From Fimbriimonadia bacterium (lineage in GTDB: Bacteria; Armatimonadota; Fimbriimonadia; Fimbriimonadales; JABRVX01): DNA of 64,000 nt. This document shows, piece after piece, positions 1 through 10,089 of the stretch. The position numbers and the translations under genes are program-made. The stretch's first letter is position 1. Each line of letters opens with the position of its first letter. The DNA lies in contig JBGPGO010000001.1 of assembly GCA_041483895.1 (NCBI GenBank), positions 445,856 through 509,855 of the forward strand. Reading direction: 5' to 3'. The notes under the pieces are model-generated. The model did no database searches, was not told the DNA's origin, and saw only the letters and a list, made by a program, of their open reading frames with translations.

Positions 1-138
1 GAAAGCATTCTGAAAGAGGTTTTCCGAGGCAAGCTGACCACTGAAGCAGGCGAACTGTTCGAGTCAGTACGCCCCCAGTTACAGTGTAAGGAACTCGTCA
101 ACGCGACTTCAGAGGAAGTGGAACAGTACTTTAGTTAA
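1..138 (+). CDS. 3' end of a CDS entering from the left (ESILKEVFRGKL...EQYFS*); function unknown
   Basis: Frame 1 is open to TAA at 136-138. SILKEVFRGKL loosely resembles type I R-M HsdS C-termini but is too short to assign. Confidence 0.4.
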   Translation, partial: ESILKEVFRGKLTTEAGELFESVRPQLQCKELVNATSEEVEQYFS

Positions 139-225
139 GCAACGGCACTGTCGAATCTTTGCCTTTCTCGTTGACCAATTGCGGAGTTTCGTCCGTCGCC
201 TCCGCAACAGGATTCGCTGAGAAGC

Positions 226-720
226 TCACTCTTTCAGTACTGATTTCAGGGACCGAAATAGGACAATTGCTGTCGCTATTGCCACCATCGCAAATCCACC
301 ATTTATGAGCAATCGATTTATCTCGCTGGGGGAAGTTGCCAGGTAGGCACTAGTGTCCCGCTCCCGCTCCTCACTAATTTGCTTCGCCACCTGGTTGAGT
401 TCCCTATCGGCATCCACGTATCGCGCGTCCGATTCCGGTGGACCGCTTGGCAGACCCCGATAAGGGTCGCTTGCCAGATCCCGCCAAGGGTCGTTCTTAT
501 CTTCCGGTTCATTGATGATCCTGGTTCGAACCTCGGTTCTGCGATCCAAAGCAGTCTGGAAACTGTGATCTCGAGCAGCTTCTCGCTTCCGAAACGCTGA
601 AAGGTAAGACTGTCGCCCTGCATCATAGCGGAATTTGTATGCCTCTGATAAGACGATCGCGCCGGCGACGTACGATAGTGCGACGATCGCGATCACAGTG
701 AGCGCCTTCGGATAAGTCAC
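226..720 (-). CDS. Hypothetical membrane protein with N- and C-terminal TM helices
   Basis: ORF 226..804; the GTG at 720 has GGAGGT upstream; two hydrophobic segments. Confidence 0.6.
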   Translation of the reverse strand: MTYPKALTVIAIVALSYVAGAIVLSEAYKFRYDAGRQSYLSAFRKREAARDHSFQTALDRRTEVRTRIINEPEDKNDPWRDLASDPYRGLPSGPPESDARYVDADRELNQVAKQISEERERDTSAYLATSPSEINRLLINGGFAMVAIATAIVLFRSLKSVLKE

Positions 721-901
721 TTCAGATTGACCTCCGGGCGGCACTCTCCCCATGGGATAAGCGTACTCAACACGGCGTCGGCGCTGATCAACTCGCCAAC
801 GCATTCGCTAAGATTCACGCGCTCACCTCGAATCTTGAACAACCTAGTAATGGTAGCACGATTCTGGTTCATATGGCGGCTGCCGGGACAATTCCCCATC
901 T

Positions 902-2350
902 CTACTCCAAATCCGTCTGCGCGCGGGTGATGGCGCGGATGACCGCCTCGGCCTTGCTGCGGCATTCCTGCCACTCGCGCGAAGGATCGGAATCGGCCAC
1001 AATTCCGGCGCCCGCCTGCACATGCGCGATGCCGTCTTTCAGCACAACCGAACGGATGTTGATACACATATCCATATCCCCCCCATAGCCGATATAGCCC
1101 ACCGCGCCGGAATATGGACCGCGCCGCGACACCTCTAACTCGTCGATAATCTCCATCGCCCGGATCTTCGGCGCGCCGGACACCGTGCCCGCCGGAAATG
1201 TGGCGCGCAACAGATCGAACGCGTCCGCATCATCCACCAATGTCCCGGTCACGTCGGACACGATGTGCATTACGTGTGAGTATCGCTCCACATACATCAG
1301 CTTGTTCACCGTCACCGTGCCGAACTCGCACGCGCGGCCCAGATCGTTGCGGCCGAGGTCCACCAACATCAGGTGCTCCGCGCGCTCCTTTTCGTCCGCC
1401 ATCAGCTCGGCGGCCAGGCGCTCGTCTTCCTCGAAATTATCTCCGCGGGGGCGCGTGCCGGCGATCGGGCGGACAGTGGCGGTGGTACCCTGCAGCGTGA
1501 CCAAAACTTCCGGCGAGCCGCCGATCACCTGCACATCGTCGCAGTTGAGCAGAAACATGTAGGGCGAAGGATTGACCGCCCGAATCGCGCGATAAATGTT
1601 AATGGGGGCCGCCGAAACGGGTGCGCTGAACCGCTGGGAGATCACCATCTGCACGCCATCCCCGGCTTCTATATACTCTTTGGTCCGCAGCACCGCCGCC
1701 TCGTACGCGTCCCGCGACATGTTGGCGGTGAACGTCGGCTCTCCCCCGGCGATGGGTGGCAAATCCGGCAGCGGGGCTCTGAGCAGGGAGACAATCCGCT
1801 CGATGTCCGCGCACGCCCATTCGTACTCGCCGGTCTGGGCGTTGACAATGATCTGCATGTTCCGCTTGGCATGGTCGAACGCCACAACCGCATCGCACAG
1901 CATCATGCAGCAGTCCGGCGCGTCCAGATCATCCGGGTTTCCGTCCGGCAGCTTCTCGATGAATCGGACCATATCGTAGGACAAAAACCCCACTGCCCCG
2001 CCGACGAACGGGGGCATGGCCGGGTCCTCAACCTGCGGCTCGCCCAACAGCCGGTGGAGGGCCGTCAGCGGGTCGCCATCCACCGGTGACCACACCCCGT
2101 CCCTCATCACTTTGACTGCTTGTCCTTTGGTCCACAAAACCGCGCGGGGACGCGTGCCCAAGAAGGAATACCGGCCCACCCGCTCCCCGCCCACCACGGA
2201 CTCAAGCAGGAACGAGAACGGCTCTCCATGCGCCAGCTTCCAATATGCCGAGACTGGGGTTTCCAGGTCAGCCAGTATGGTGCGGCAGACGGGCACGCGA
2301 TGGCCTCCGGCGGCGAGGCGCTCGAAGTTTGGGAGGTCAGGCTGGATCAC
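902..2350 (-). CDS. trpE: Anthranilate synthase component I
   Basis: Motifs LLES, NPSPYMF, PIAGTRPRG, KERAEHLMLVDLGRND, FPAGTVSGAPKIRAM. Confidence 0.95.
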   Translation of the reverse strand: MIQPDLPNFERLAAGGHRVPVCRTILADLETPVSAYWKLAHGEPFSFLLESVVGGERVGRYSFLGTRPRAVLWTKGQAVKVMRDGVWSPVDGDPLTALHRLLGEPQVEDPAMPPFVGGAVGFLSYDMVRFIEKLPDGNPDDLDAPDCCMMLCDAVVAFDHAKRNMQIIVNAQTGEYEWACADIERIVSLLRAPLPDLPPIAGGEPTFTANMSRDAYEAAVLRTKEYIEAGDGVQMVISQRFSAPVSAAPINIYRAIRAVNPSPYMFLLNCDDVQVIGGSPEVLVTLQGTTATVRPIAGTRPRGDNFEEDERLAAELMADEKERAEHLMLVDLGRNDLGRACEFGTVTVNKLMYVERYSHVMHIVSDVTGTLVDDADAFDLLRATFPAGTVSGAPKIRAMEIIDELEVSRRGPYSGAVGYIGYGGDMDMCINIRSVVLKDGIAHVQAGAGIVADSDPSREWQECRSKAEAVIRAITRAQTDLE

Positions 2351-2374
2351 GGTGGGATTGTACCGAACCCTATT

Positions 2375-2402
2375 AAAGAAAATGGCCCCGGTGTGGCGGG
2401 GC
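2375..2402 (-). terminator. Intrinsic terminator
   Basis: Minus strand GCCCCG-CCACAC-CGGGGC followed by CATTTTCTTT. Confidence 0.7.
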
Positions 2403-2516
2403 TAGGAAGGAGTAGAGAGGAAGACGTCTCGTAACCCGTCGACAGCTCCCTATTCTCTTCGGCCCTCGGCCTCCGATGTGCTGCTATCGAGAGAAGGTGG
2501 GTGATGCGTCTTTCGC
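2375..2516 (-). ncRNA. Putative sigma-54-dependent small RNA (~140 nt)
   Basis: Lies between a -24/-12 promoter and an intrinsic terminator; no ATG; CU-rich tract before the terminator. Confidence 0.5.
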
Positions 2517-2526
2517 TGTATCCTGT

Positions 2527-2542
2527 TGCAGGCCTCGTGCCA
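2527..2542 (-). promoter_or_regulatory. Sigma-54 (-24/-12) promoter
   Basis: Minus strand TGGCACG-AGGC-CTGCA versus consensus TGGCACG-N4-TTGCW (1 mismatch). Confidence 0.6.
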
Positions 2543-2655
2543 AATCCGTGGGGAGGGGAAAAGACCGGTAAGAATTCGGTGCGCCGAGGACACGGGGGAA
2601 ATTTGGTTAGATTTAAGCCGTTTGATGGTAAGAGGCCATAGATGGAGGTATGGAT

Positions 2656-2871
2656 ATGCCAAGCCAAATGAAAATAATCCACAGGCCCCGATGCCTCGGA
2701 TGCGGCGGGGTCTTGGAGCTCCAGCCGATCTGGCTGCCCAAGCCAGGCGGTGAGTGTGAAAAAGAGATCGTCTACCGCTGTCCAACCTGCGCGGCCTTCG
2801 TGGTCCATCCGCATCCCTCCGTGCGGGAAATCGTGGAGTGGCGGAATTCTCATCTCATCCAGCCGAATTAG
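2656..2871 (+). CDS. Small zinc-ribbon protein (CxxC...CxxC)
   Basis: CLGC and CPTC; GGAGGT RBS upstream (ATG at 2650 or 2656). Confidence 0.6.
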   Translation: MPSQMKIIHRPRCLGCGGVLELQPIWLPKPGGECEKEIVYRCPTCAAFVVHPHPSVREIVEWRNSHLIQPN

Positions 2872-2972
2872 CATCTACACGCCACGGGTCCCAAAAGGAC
2901 CTACTCTCCGCAACCCACCAGCCCTCCACACGGTAGATTGACAAGTAGATCCAGACGTGTGGAGGGACTTGT

Positions 2973-3245
2973 ATGTTGGCGATTGTGCAAACCGGGGTTT
3001 TGGCGGCGGTATGGTGGGTGTGGTGGAAGCTGTTCGGTACGCCTATGCTGAAAAGCTCGGCGACGGGTTATTCCATCCGGGAGCGATTTTCCAGCGGCGT
3101 TGGGGTTGTGTTTTGGAATTTGACGTTTCTTAGCATGCTGATTTGGATATGGGGGATTTTCCCGACGTGGCTGATTGCGCCGTTTGTCATCATCATGGCG
3201 ATCTGCGCTGCCATCCTCAGCGGCTGGTCGAAGTCCAAAGAGTAG
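2973..3245 (+). CDS. Small hypothetical membrane protein
   Basis: 90 aa, about 3 hydrophobic segments, GGAGG RBS. Confidence 0.6.
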   Translation: MLAIVQTGVLAAVWWVWWKLFGTPMLKSSATGYSIRERFSSGVGVVFWNLTFLSMLIWIWGIFPTWLIAPFVIIMAICAAILSGWSKSKE

Positions 3246-3402
3246 CCGCGGATTCTCGTTCTGACCCCTGACCGAATCGCCACACCCAAAACCCGCGCTT
3301 GACCACGTCGCAAGAATCGATATCGTTTTGGCGTTTTCACCGTGGTCACTCGCGGGTCTTGTTCCTGGCGCAAGAAACGGATATCAGAACGAGGACCCGC
3401 GG

Positions 3403-4500
3403 CTACAAATCAGGATCGATTGACCGTAACAGTTGTTCGACGGGTTCTTTGGGATCACCCGCCGGACGGAGAAGTTCCCTCTTTGCGGCATCGGTCCCTG
3501 CGCTCGCGCGCAAAAGAGTGGACCGATCTTTCGCCTGTTCCAGCCTCCGCTGAATTGCCTGGGCGGCGGCCGCGGCGGCATCCTTCACCTCAGGATTCGT
3601 CGCCTGGGAGCCAACCTTCTCCACCAACTGAAGCTCTCTCTCCGCTCCATACAGGCCGACGACGTGCAACGCTCCGGCGGCAAGCTGCGGATTCTGATTC
3701 CAGCACAACGTGACGATGGCTTGCCGTTGCCATTCGTTGATCGCCGATGCGTCGGTCACTTTCGGAAGAACCTCTTTGAGCGCCCCGCCCGCGCCGGATA
3801 AGATATCGGTTTGATAAGCGACTGCGAGGATCCCCGCCGCCCATGGACGTGGCGAACCCGCAAGGTATTGCAACGCCATCGCCTCAACCGCATTCCTGTT
3901 CGAGCGGAAGACAAGTACCGCGAGACACGCAACCGCCATGGGTAGCAGCCCCAACACTAAATTCTCGTGATAGAGGCCAAAAGACACAGCCATCCCCGCG
4001 AGCGATAGTGCCATCCATGCACCGTCATTCGCGCCGTTTTTGGCGAAGCGAAAACGGATCTGGCGCAGCTCGACGATGCGGGCGATCGCGTGTATCGCCT
4101 TGTCTGTAGCGATTTTGGCAAGAGCCTCCATCGCGGACTTCACGGCCGGCATCGGCGCTCGGCGATTGTCCAGGACCTCGGCCAGCGCCGGCACCGCGTC
4201 CTCCCCGATCGCCGCCAGGGTCGCGATTTCCCTATTGGCATGGTTGGAATACTTCGACGCCAACCGATCAATGAACCTGCGGCAGATACGATCCTCTCGC
4301 GTCAGTTTGAACATCCTGCGCCAAAATCCCGGTTCTGGCTCGTCGCGCTGATCGCCATACTGTTTGTAGCCGCAATGGGGACAGGCCCATCGTGGCAATT
4401 TGAGCGGCCGATCTGCGGCGATCGTAGCGGACGGCTTGTGGCAAGATGGACAAACGACAGCAGACGACGTACCGTTGCCCCATTCCGACTCGGGATTCAT
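3403..4500 (-). CDS. Zn-ribbon + TM + HEAT-like repeat protein (paralog 2)
   Basis: CPSC...CPHCG, HEAT-like helices, C-terminal LLR repeats. Confidence 0.75.
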   Translation of the reverse strand: MNPESEWGNGTSSAVVCPSCHKPSATIAADRPLKLPRWACPHCGYKQYGDQRDEPEPGFWRRMFKLTREDRICRRFIDRLASKYSNHANREIATLAAIGEDAVPALAEVLDNRRAPMPAVKSAMEALAKIATDKAIHAIARIVELRQIRFRFAKNGANDGAWMALSLAGMAVSFGLYHENLVLGLLPMAVACLAVLVFRSNRNAVEAMALQYLAGSPRPWAAGILAVAYQTDILSGAGGALKEVLPKVTDASAINEWQRQAIVTLCWNQNPQLAAGALHVVGLYGAERELQLVEKVGSQATNPEVKDAAAAAAQAIQRRLEQAKDRSTLLRASAGTDAAKRELLRPAGDPKEPVEQLLRSIDPDL

Positions 4501-5633
4501 ATTGGATCGATCGGCCGCAAGAGTTGATCGTCCGGCTCTATCAAATGGCCCGCGGCTCGGAGCAGACCCTGCTGCTCGACCGCCTCACTCGTTGCTGCCC
4601 GCAGAAGGGTGCTCTTGTCCCTAAAAAGCTTCACGCGCTCCCGGATGATATCGGCGGCGCGGAGCGCTGCATTTCGCACACTCGGATCGGTCGTCTTGGA
4701 GAGCGCCTTTTCGATCACGCGTAATTCCTCCTGCTCGCCGTACAAGCCGATGACATGGAACGCTCCGACCGCCAATGATTCGTCCTCGCTGGTGCAGAGC
4801 GCCTCGATCGACCTGCGTTGCAGCGGGGTGAGCGGGGCTGGGTCGGTGACGAGTGGCAGCACTTCCGCCAGCGCAACCTGCACCATGGGAGAGGCGTCGT
4901 GCTCGTGATATGCCACGGCGAGCAGGCCGGCTGCTTCCGGCCGCTTAAGCAGCGCGAGGGCGTCGGTGGATTTGGCCCTCAGCTTTCGCATGGGATCGAC
5001 GAGCGCCGCAGAAATGAGGCCGAGAAAGATAAACACCGCGTAAACAGCATCAAGAAAGTCATACAGCATCAGCAGTGACACCACGCTGATGACGCCGATG
5101 AGACACGCAAGCCCAACTCGAAGATACACGTTGGGTAGGTGGCCGCGGCTGGATACTTGCTGTCCATTCACAGACCGAATCAAAGCGTCGGCAGCGCGCT
5201 TGGTGCCAATGCGAGCTAAGGCTTCGGCCGCGGACTCCCTAGCAACGGGATCATAACGACTTTTTTCCAGCACCTCGATCAGCGCCATCACGGCATCATC
5301 CCCGATCGCGACCATCGTGTTGACCTCCGCCTTGCGATGGTTATCCGCCGATGTGCCGAGCCGCGCCATGAATTTCTGCCAGAGCTGCATCTGAGTCGAG
5401 TTCCAAAACTGGCGGCGCAGATAGGATAGGTTGTTCTCGTAAAGCATCTTCGCATCATCGCGCGCATCGCCATAGAGCCTGAGCCCGCACTCCGGGCACG
5501 CCCACTTCGGTAGCTTCAGAGGCCGCTCGGTGTAAATGGTGGACGACGTTTTGTGGCACGAAGGACAGGTCATCCGGGGCGGTTTGCCCGGCCCCAGCGC
5601 AGCCAACGACGCAAATTCATTGAACTCAGTCAT
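4497..5633 (-). CDS. Zn-ribbon + TM + HEAT-like repeat protein (paralog 1)
   Basis: CPSC...CPECG, same architecture, 4-bp overlap with paralog 2. Confidence 0.75.
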   Translation of the reverse strand: MTEFNEFASLAALGPGKPPRMTCPSCHKTSSTIYTERPLKLPKWACPECGLRLYGDARDDAKMLYENNLSYLRRQFWNSTQMQLWQKFMARLGTSADNHRKAEVNTMVAIGDDAVMALIEVLEKSRYDPVARESAAEALARIGTKRAADALIRSVNGQQVSSRGHLPNVYLRVGLACLIGVISVVSLLMLYDFLDAVYAVFIFLGLISAALVDPMRKLRAKSTDALALLKRPEAAGLLAVAYHEHDASPMVQVALAEVLPLVTDPAPLTPLQRRSIEALCTSEDESLAVGAFHVIGLYGEQEELRVIEKALSKTTDPSVRNAALRAADIIRERVKLFRDKSTLLRAATSEAVEQQGLLRAAGHLIEPDDQLLRPIDPI

Positions 5634-5640
5634 CCCACAC

Positions 5641-8376
5641 CTATGCGAGAACGAAATGGTGGTCGCCGGCGCCTGCCTCGCGCGACGACCCGTCTAGTTG
5701 ACGGATTTCCGCTGTGATTCCGTTCGGTATGGATACGTCCAAAGTCAGTTTGCCGTTGCTATGGTTCCATTTGACATGGATCGGTCCGTGGGGAGTTGGC
5801 ACGGAACCTTCGGCTTCTGCCAGCCCGCATGGGTGAGGGTCGATTTCGGCGCGGCTAAAACCGGGTTCCAGCGGTCGGACGCCGAGAATGCACGCGCTTA
5901 GGAAGTAGGCCGGCGCTGCGCTCCAGGCATGGCAGTGGCTGCGCGTCCATCGGCCCGCCGGCATGAAGCCGGGAAACAGCTCCCAGCAGGTTGTCGCGCC
6001 GCGATCTAGCATAATCCCCCACTTATCGCGGATGATCGCTACGATATCATCCGTCCGGCCCAGCCGCGCCAGCGCCTCCAACTGGAAGAATGTGAAGAAC
6101 GGCGTACCGACTCTTACTATCTGTTCCGGCGGATCTATTAGATACTTCTCCAGTGTCGTTCGTCGTTCGTCTTCCGCGCAGTTGGATAGCAATGCCAGTA
6201 TCTGCGTCTGCTGGCTGATCGTCTCGCTACCCAGGCGATCCACGTATGCCTGCTTTTCCTCCGACCATAGATGCTTGTTGATCGCTGCGAACAGTTTCTT
6301 GCGCTCCCCAGCAAATTCCGACCGACCGGTCAGCCGCGCGACGAAATCCCATGTCATACCGAGCATCAGATTTTGCGGTGTGACCACCCCTTCGTTGGGT
6401 TGGTCCATCGGCGCCCAATCCGTCAGGTTCCACGCCTCGATTTCAAACAATCCATTCAAGTTAATATACTTAAGACAGTTCTCCGCCTGCATAACAAGTG
6501 GTGGTGTCAGTTCTTCGAGCGTTGCTCTATCTCCCGTAAATCGATAGTAGTCCTCCACTGCAAGCGCCCACATAAAGGACCAATTCGGTATCACATTGGT
6601 CCATGCGCTAGGCACCTGCGACTGCACCAGATCCGATCGCTTTAGCGACTCCCCCGCAAGCCGCAGGCATCGTGCGCTTATATCATACGCCCCAAACGCA
6701 TAGTAGTTGGCGACAGACTCTGTCAGACTATCACCTACCCAAAACGTCTGCTCATAGGTGGGGCAATCCACATACGTATCATCCATGCACAAACGCACGG
6801 TGTATGCGGACATCTCCCATATCTTGTTCAGCCGCTCGTCGTCGCACCGGAACGATCCGATCGGCTGCACCGGATAGGTGGCCTGTATTGTGCGAATGCC
6901 ATGCAAGACGATCGGCTCCGCATGATCGCGGAACGTCGCAATCAGATACCGGCACCCGCGCCGATTGAAGCATCGATACGACTGGCGACCCTCCCGGCAC
7001 CAATATCGCAGCGTGTTGTTCATCTCCCATGGCAGATCGAGAATCCCGTCCTGCACCGCCTCCGCCCCCAACAGATCGATGATCGCTCCCTCCGGCGCGT
7101 CAATATCCATCTCCCAATAGCCGACCGTCATCTTGCCCAGATCGAATACGATCTCTTCGTCCCCTGCGCCCGCCGATATCGTCAACGGGAAGGCACAATC
7201 CACGGTTAACGCCCCGACCTCTGTGGCGAAGGCCACACGATCCGTCACGACCTGATGATGCGTGTCCAGCGCCGTCACCGGTTGGAGCAGGTCCCCCGTG
7301 ACAGCCTCCAGTTCTTCCACCGTCCGCGACGAGCGAATCTGCTCCGCCATTGGATCATTTGGCGAGATAGCGATGGTTGCAAACTCCGCGCTTCGATGAC
7401 GCGGTCCGTGCGTGCCGATAGTCGCATCGAATGCCGCCCGCGCAGTCCATTCGTGGTACCTGCCGCTCACATCCCACACAAGAAGATTCGGTCCATGGAC
7501 GAGCGACAACCTGTAGCGCCGTGACCCGGTCCAGAGGGGCAATGTGGGCTCCACCGCCTCGACCTCTCGTCCGTTGAGTCGAATGCGCCCCGGTCCGGCA
7601 TCCACGCCTCCAATCGCCTCCATCTCCACCACTTCCCTACTGTCCGATTCGATCACGCAGGTGAGGAAGCCCTCGATATTCATCTGATTGGCCTCGATGT
7701 ATCCCGGAAGCAGGTTGCGCCGCAAGGAGACAGACCAGACTGTGGGCGGCGGAGCAACGCGCCGCGCCCGCCAGATAGATGCCGGTTCAATCGGCTCTTC
7801 CGTCAGAAATGGAACGTCGCGCGGATGCAGCGAAGACCACGGCGGCGACCCAACCGGGCCGATCTCAAACGCCGTCTGCCAACCGCCATCATCATAGGCA
7901 ATCTCATGCCAACCGTGCGGCTCCAGCCGGGCATCGTATGTCTCCGCCCAACCCATCTGGCAACTGATCCGCGCCGTGTCGCGGCTGAAAGTAGGATGCT
8001 CCATCCATTTCCAATCCGGATCGGTAGCAACCAGGCATTCGTCCCCGGCGCATATCTCCGCAAGCAATCCACCGCGAGTAGGCAGGCTCTGGAAAGTGCC
8101 GACGCCGAATTCGTGCGCCAATACAGCGAGGCAGTTTCCGCCGGGCCGGAGGTGAACTTCGTATTCATCGTACCGGTAGGTCTCGGGGAAGGCTCGGACG
8201 GGACCGTTACCGATCAACTGGCCGTTCAACCATGCGCGATAGCGTGAATCGGCGGTGATTCGCAGCGTCGCCGGACCTCCATTAGCATGGAATTCCCTCC
8301 GAAAACAGAGCCAATAGTTCCATTGCCGGTCGTTGGTGTCGCTCCAAATCCATTTCCCGTGCCAATGAGTTGTCAT
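5641..8376 (-). CDS. Alpha-L-rhamnosidase, GH78 family
   Basis: ITADSRY, DCPTYEQTFWVGD, GATTCWE, SHCHAWSAAP. Start moved to ATG 8376 to avoid overlap with pntB. Confidence 0.85.
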   Translation of the reverse strand: MTTHWHGKWIWSDTNDRQWNYWLCFRREFHANGGPATLRITADSRYRAWLNGQLIGNGPVRAFPETYRYDEYEVHLRPGGNCLAVLAHEFGVGTFQSLPTRGGLLAEICAGDECLVATDPDWKWMEHPTFSRDTARISCQMGWAETYDARLEPHGWHEIAYDDGGWQTAFEIGPVGSPPWSSLHPRDVPFLTEEPIEPASIWRARRVAPPPTVWSVSLRRNLLPGYIEANQMNIEGFLTCVIESDSREVVEMEAIGGVDAGPGRIRLNGREVEAVEPTLPLWTGSRRYRLSLVHGPNLLVWDVSGRYHEWTARAAFDATIGTHGPRHRSAEFATIAISPNDPMAEQIRSSRTVEELEAVTGDLLQPVTALDTHHQVVTDRVAFATEVGALTVDCAFPLTISAGAGDEEIVFDLGKMTVGYWEMDIDAPEGAIIDLLGAEAVQDGILDLPWEMNNTLRYWCREGRQSYRCFNRRGCRYLIATFRDHAEPIVLHGIRTIQATYPVQPIGSFRCDDERLNKIWEMSAYTVRLCMDDTYVDCPTYEQTFWVGDSLTESVANYYAFGAYDISARCLRLAGESLKRSDLVQSQVPSAWTNVIPNWSFMWALAVEDYYRFTGDRATLEELTPPLVMQAENCLKYINLNGLFEIEAWNLTDWAPMDQPNEGVVTPQNLMLGMTWDFVARLTGRSEFAGERKKLFAAINKHLWSEEKQAYVDRLGSETISQQTQILALLSNCAEDERRTTLEKYLIDPPEQIVRVGTPFFTFFQLEALARLGRTDDIVAIIRDKWGIMLDRGATTCWELFPGFMPAGRWTRSHCHAWSAAPAYFLSACILGVRPLEPGFSRAEIDPHPCGLAEAEGSVPTPHGPIHVKWNHSNGKLTLDVSIPNGITAEIRQLDGSSREAGAGDHHFVLA

Positions 8377-8411
8377 TCCGAGATTATAGCGGACGATTGG
8401 GCTGTGATTGC

Positions 8412-9794
8412 CTAAACGTTGTCGAGAGCGGTGGCGAGCTTCGCGATCGTGGTCTTCGCGTTGCCAAACACCATGATGGTATTCGGCTGCAAGAACAGCT
8501 CGTTTTCGATGCCGGCAAATCCGGGGTTCATGGAGCGCTTGCACACAATCACCGTCTTCGCCTTGTCCACGTCCAGGATCGGCATGCCGTAGATCGGGCT
8601 GGCTTTGTCGTATCGCGCGGCCGGATTCACCACATCGTTCGCGCCTATCACCAACGCCACATCCGTTTCGGCGAACATTGGATTGATCTCCTCCAGATCG
8701 TAGAGCTGTTCATACGGGACGTCCGCCTCCGCAAGCAAAACGTTCATGTGGCCCGGCATTCGGCCCGCCACCGGATGGATGGCGTACTTCACATCGATTC
8801 CATCTGCCATCAGCTTGGAAGCCAGCTCCTTGACCACATGCTGGGCCTGCGCGACTGCCATCCCATATCCGGGAACGATGACAACGCTTGACGCGCTCGA
8901 AAAAATGATCGCCGCATCCTCCACCGAGTAGCTTCGGACCGAGCCTTTCAACGCATGGTGTTCCCCGCCCCCAGTCGGCACAGCGCCGAACGCGCCAAAG
9001 ATTACGTTTTCCAGCGACCGGTTCATTGCCTTGCACATTTGGAGCGTTAAGATCAGCCCGCTAGCGCCCACCAAGCCGCCGCCGATCAGCAATGCGGTAT
9101 TCCCCAACACAAAACCCGCCAGTCCTGCCGCGCAGCCGGTAAACGAGTTGAGGAGGGAAATCACGACCGGCATATCCGCTCCTCCGATGGGTAGCACCAA
9201 TAGCATCCCAAGCAGCAGCGAGACACCGAAGAGACCGAGGAAAAGCGGAATCGAATGCGTCCCGGAAATCAGGAGCACAAGGTAGACCGCCAAACCCAGG
9301 AGCAGAAAGAAGTTAACCACCTTTTGGCCGGGATAGGTGAGCGGCCGGCCGCTCATCAATTCTTGCAGCTTCGCGAACGCGATCATACTGCCGGAAAAGC
9401 TGATGCTGCCGATCATGAGGCTTAGCACCATGGTGGCGTTCTGGACCAAATCCCGATCTACCGTCGCGTCGGTTCGCATGTACTCGATGAGAGCCACCAA
9501 CGCAACCGCCCCGCCACCCAGACCGTTGAACATGGCAACCATCTGCGGCATCGCGGTCATCTGCACGCGGCGCGCGGATACCACGCCGATCACCCCGCCG
9601 ATTGCGCACGCCGCGAGGATCCATCCGAAATTCCCGATGCCTGGGATGAATAGAGTGGCGATCAGCGCGACCGCCATTCCGCCGGCGGCCAACCAATTTC
9701 CCTGCCGCCCCGTGCGAGGCGAATTCAAGAGTTTGAGCGATAAGATGAAACAGATGGCCGTCAACAGATAGGCAATATCAATCCAGTCGCTCAA
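8412..9794 (-). CDS. pntB: NAD(P) transhydrogenase beta subunit
   Basis: MTAMPQMVA, GGADMPVVISLLNS, PGYGMAVAQAQH, HPVAGRMPGHMNVLLAEA. Confidence 0.97.
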   Translation of the reverse strand: MSDWIDIAYLLTAICFILSLKLLNSPRTGRQGNWLAAGGMAVALIATLFIPGIGNFGWILAACAIGGVIGVVSARRVQMTAMPQMVAMFNGLGGGAVALVALIEYMRTDATVDRDLVQNATMVLSLMIGSISFSGSMIAFAKLQELMSGRPLTYPGQKVVNFFLLLGLAVYLVLLISGTHSIPLFLGLFGVSLLLGMLLVLPIGGADMPVVISLLNSFTGCAAGLAGFVLGNTALLIGGGLVGASGLILTLQMCKAMNRSLENVIFGAFGAVPTGGGEHHALKGSVRSYSVEDAAIIFSSASSVVIVPGYGMAVAQAQHVVKELASKLMADGIDVKYAIHPVAGRMPGHMNVLLAEADVPYEQLYDLEEINPMFAETDVALVIGANDVVNPAARYDKASPIYGMPILDVDKAKTVIVCKRSMNPGFAGIENELFLQPNTIMVFGNAKTTIAKLATALDNV

Positions 9795-10089
9795 CGGATT
9801 TCACCTCCTGTTTCGGCTTGCGCTTGAACATCTCCAGCATTCGATCCGTGACGACAAATCCGCCCACGACGTTGAGGACGCCGAAAATCGTGGCGCCCAT
9901 CCCAAGCGCTATCGTCGCCGGCGTTTGAGCGGTCCCAAGAACGATAAACCCGCCGACCAAGATAACGCCATGGATTGCGTTCGTGGCGGACATCAGCGGG
10001 GTGTGGAGCGTCTGCGGCACCTTCGCGATGACCTCCAGACCGACGAAGACCGCAAGGATGAAGATGGTGACGACCGCGATCAGGGTCAT
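9778..10089 (-). CDS. pntAb: NAD(P) transhydrogenase alpha subunit, membrane part
   Basis: LHTPLMSATNAI, GGFVVTDRMLEMF. Confidence 0.93.
   Translation of the reverse strand: MTLIAVVTIFILAVFVGLEVIAKVPQTLHTPLMSATNAIHGVILVGGFIVLGTAQTPATIALGMGATIFGVLNVVGGFVVTDRMLEMFKRKPKQEVKSVERLD

Noticed and set aside
2365-2520. Trp attenuator or T-box upstream of trpE
   Set aside because: No leader ATG, no Trp codons and no T-box motif; trpE has its own -10.
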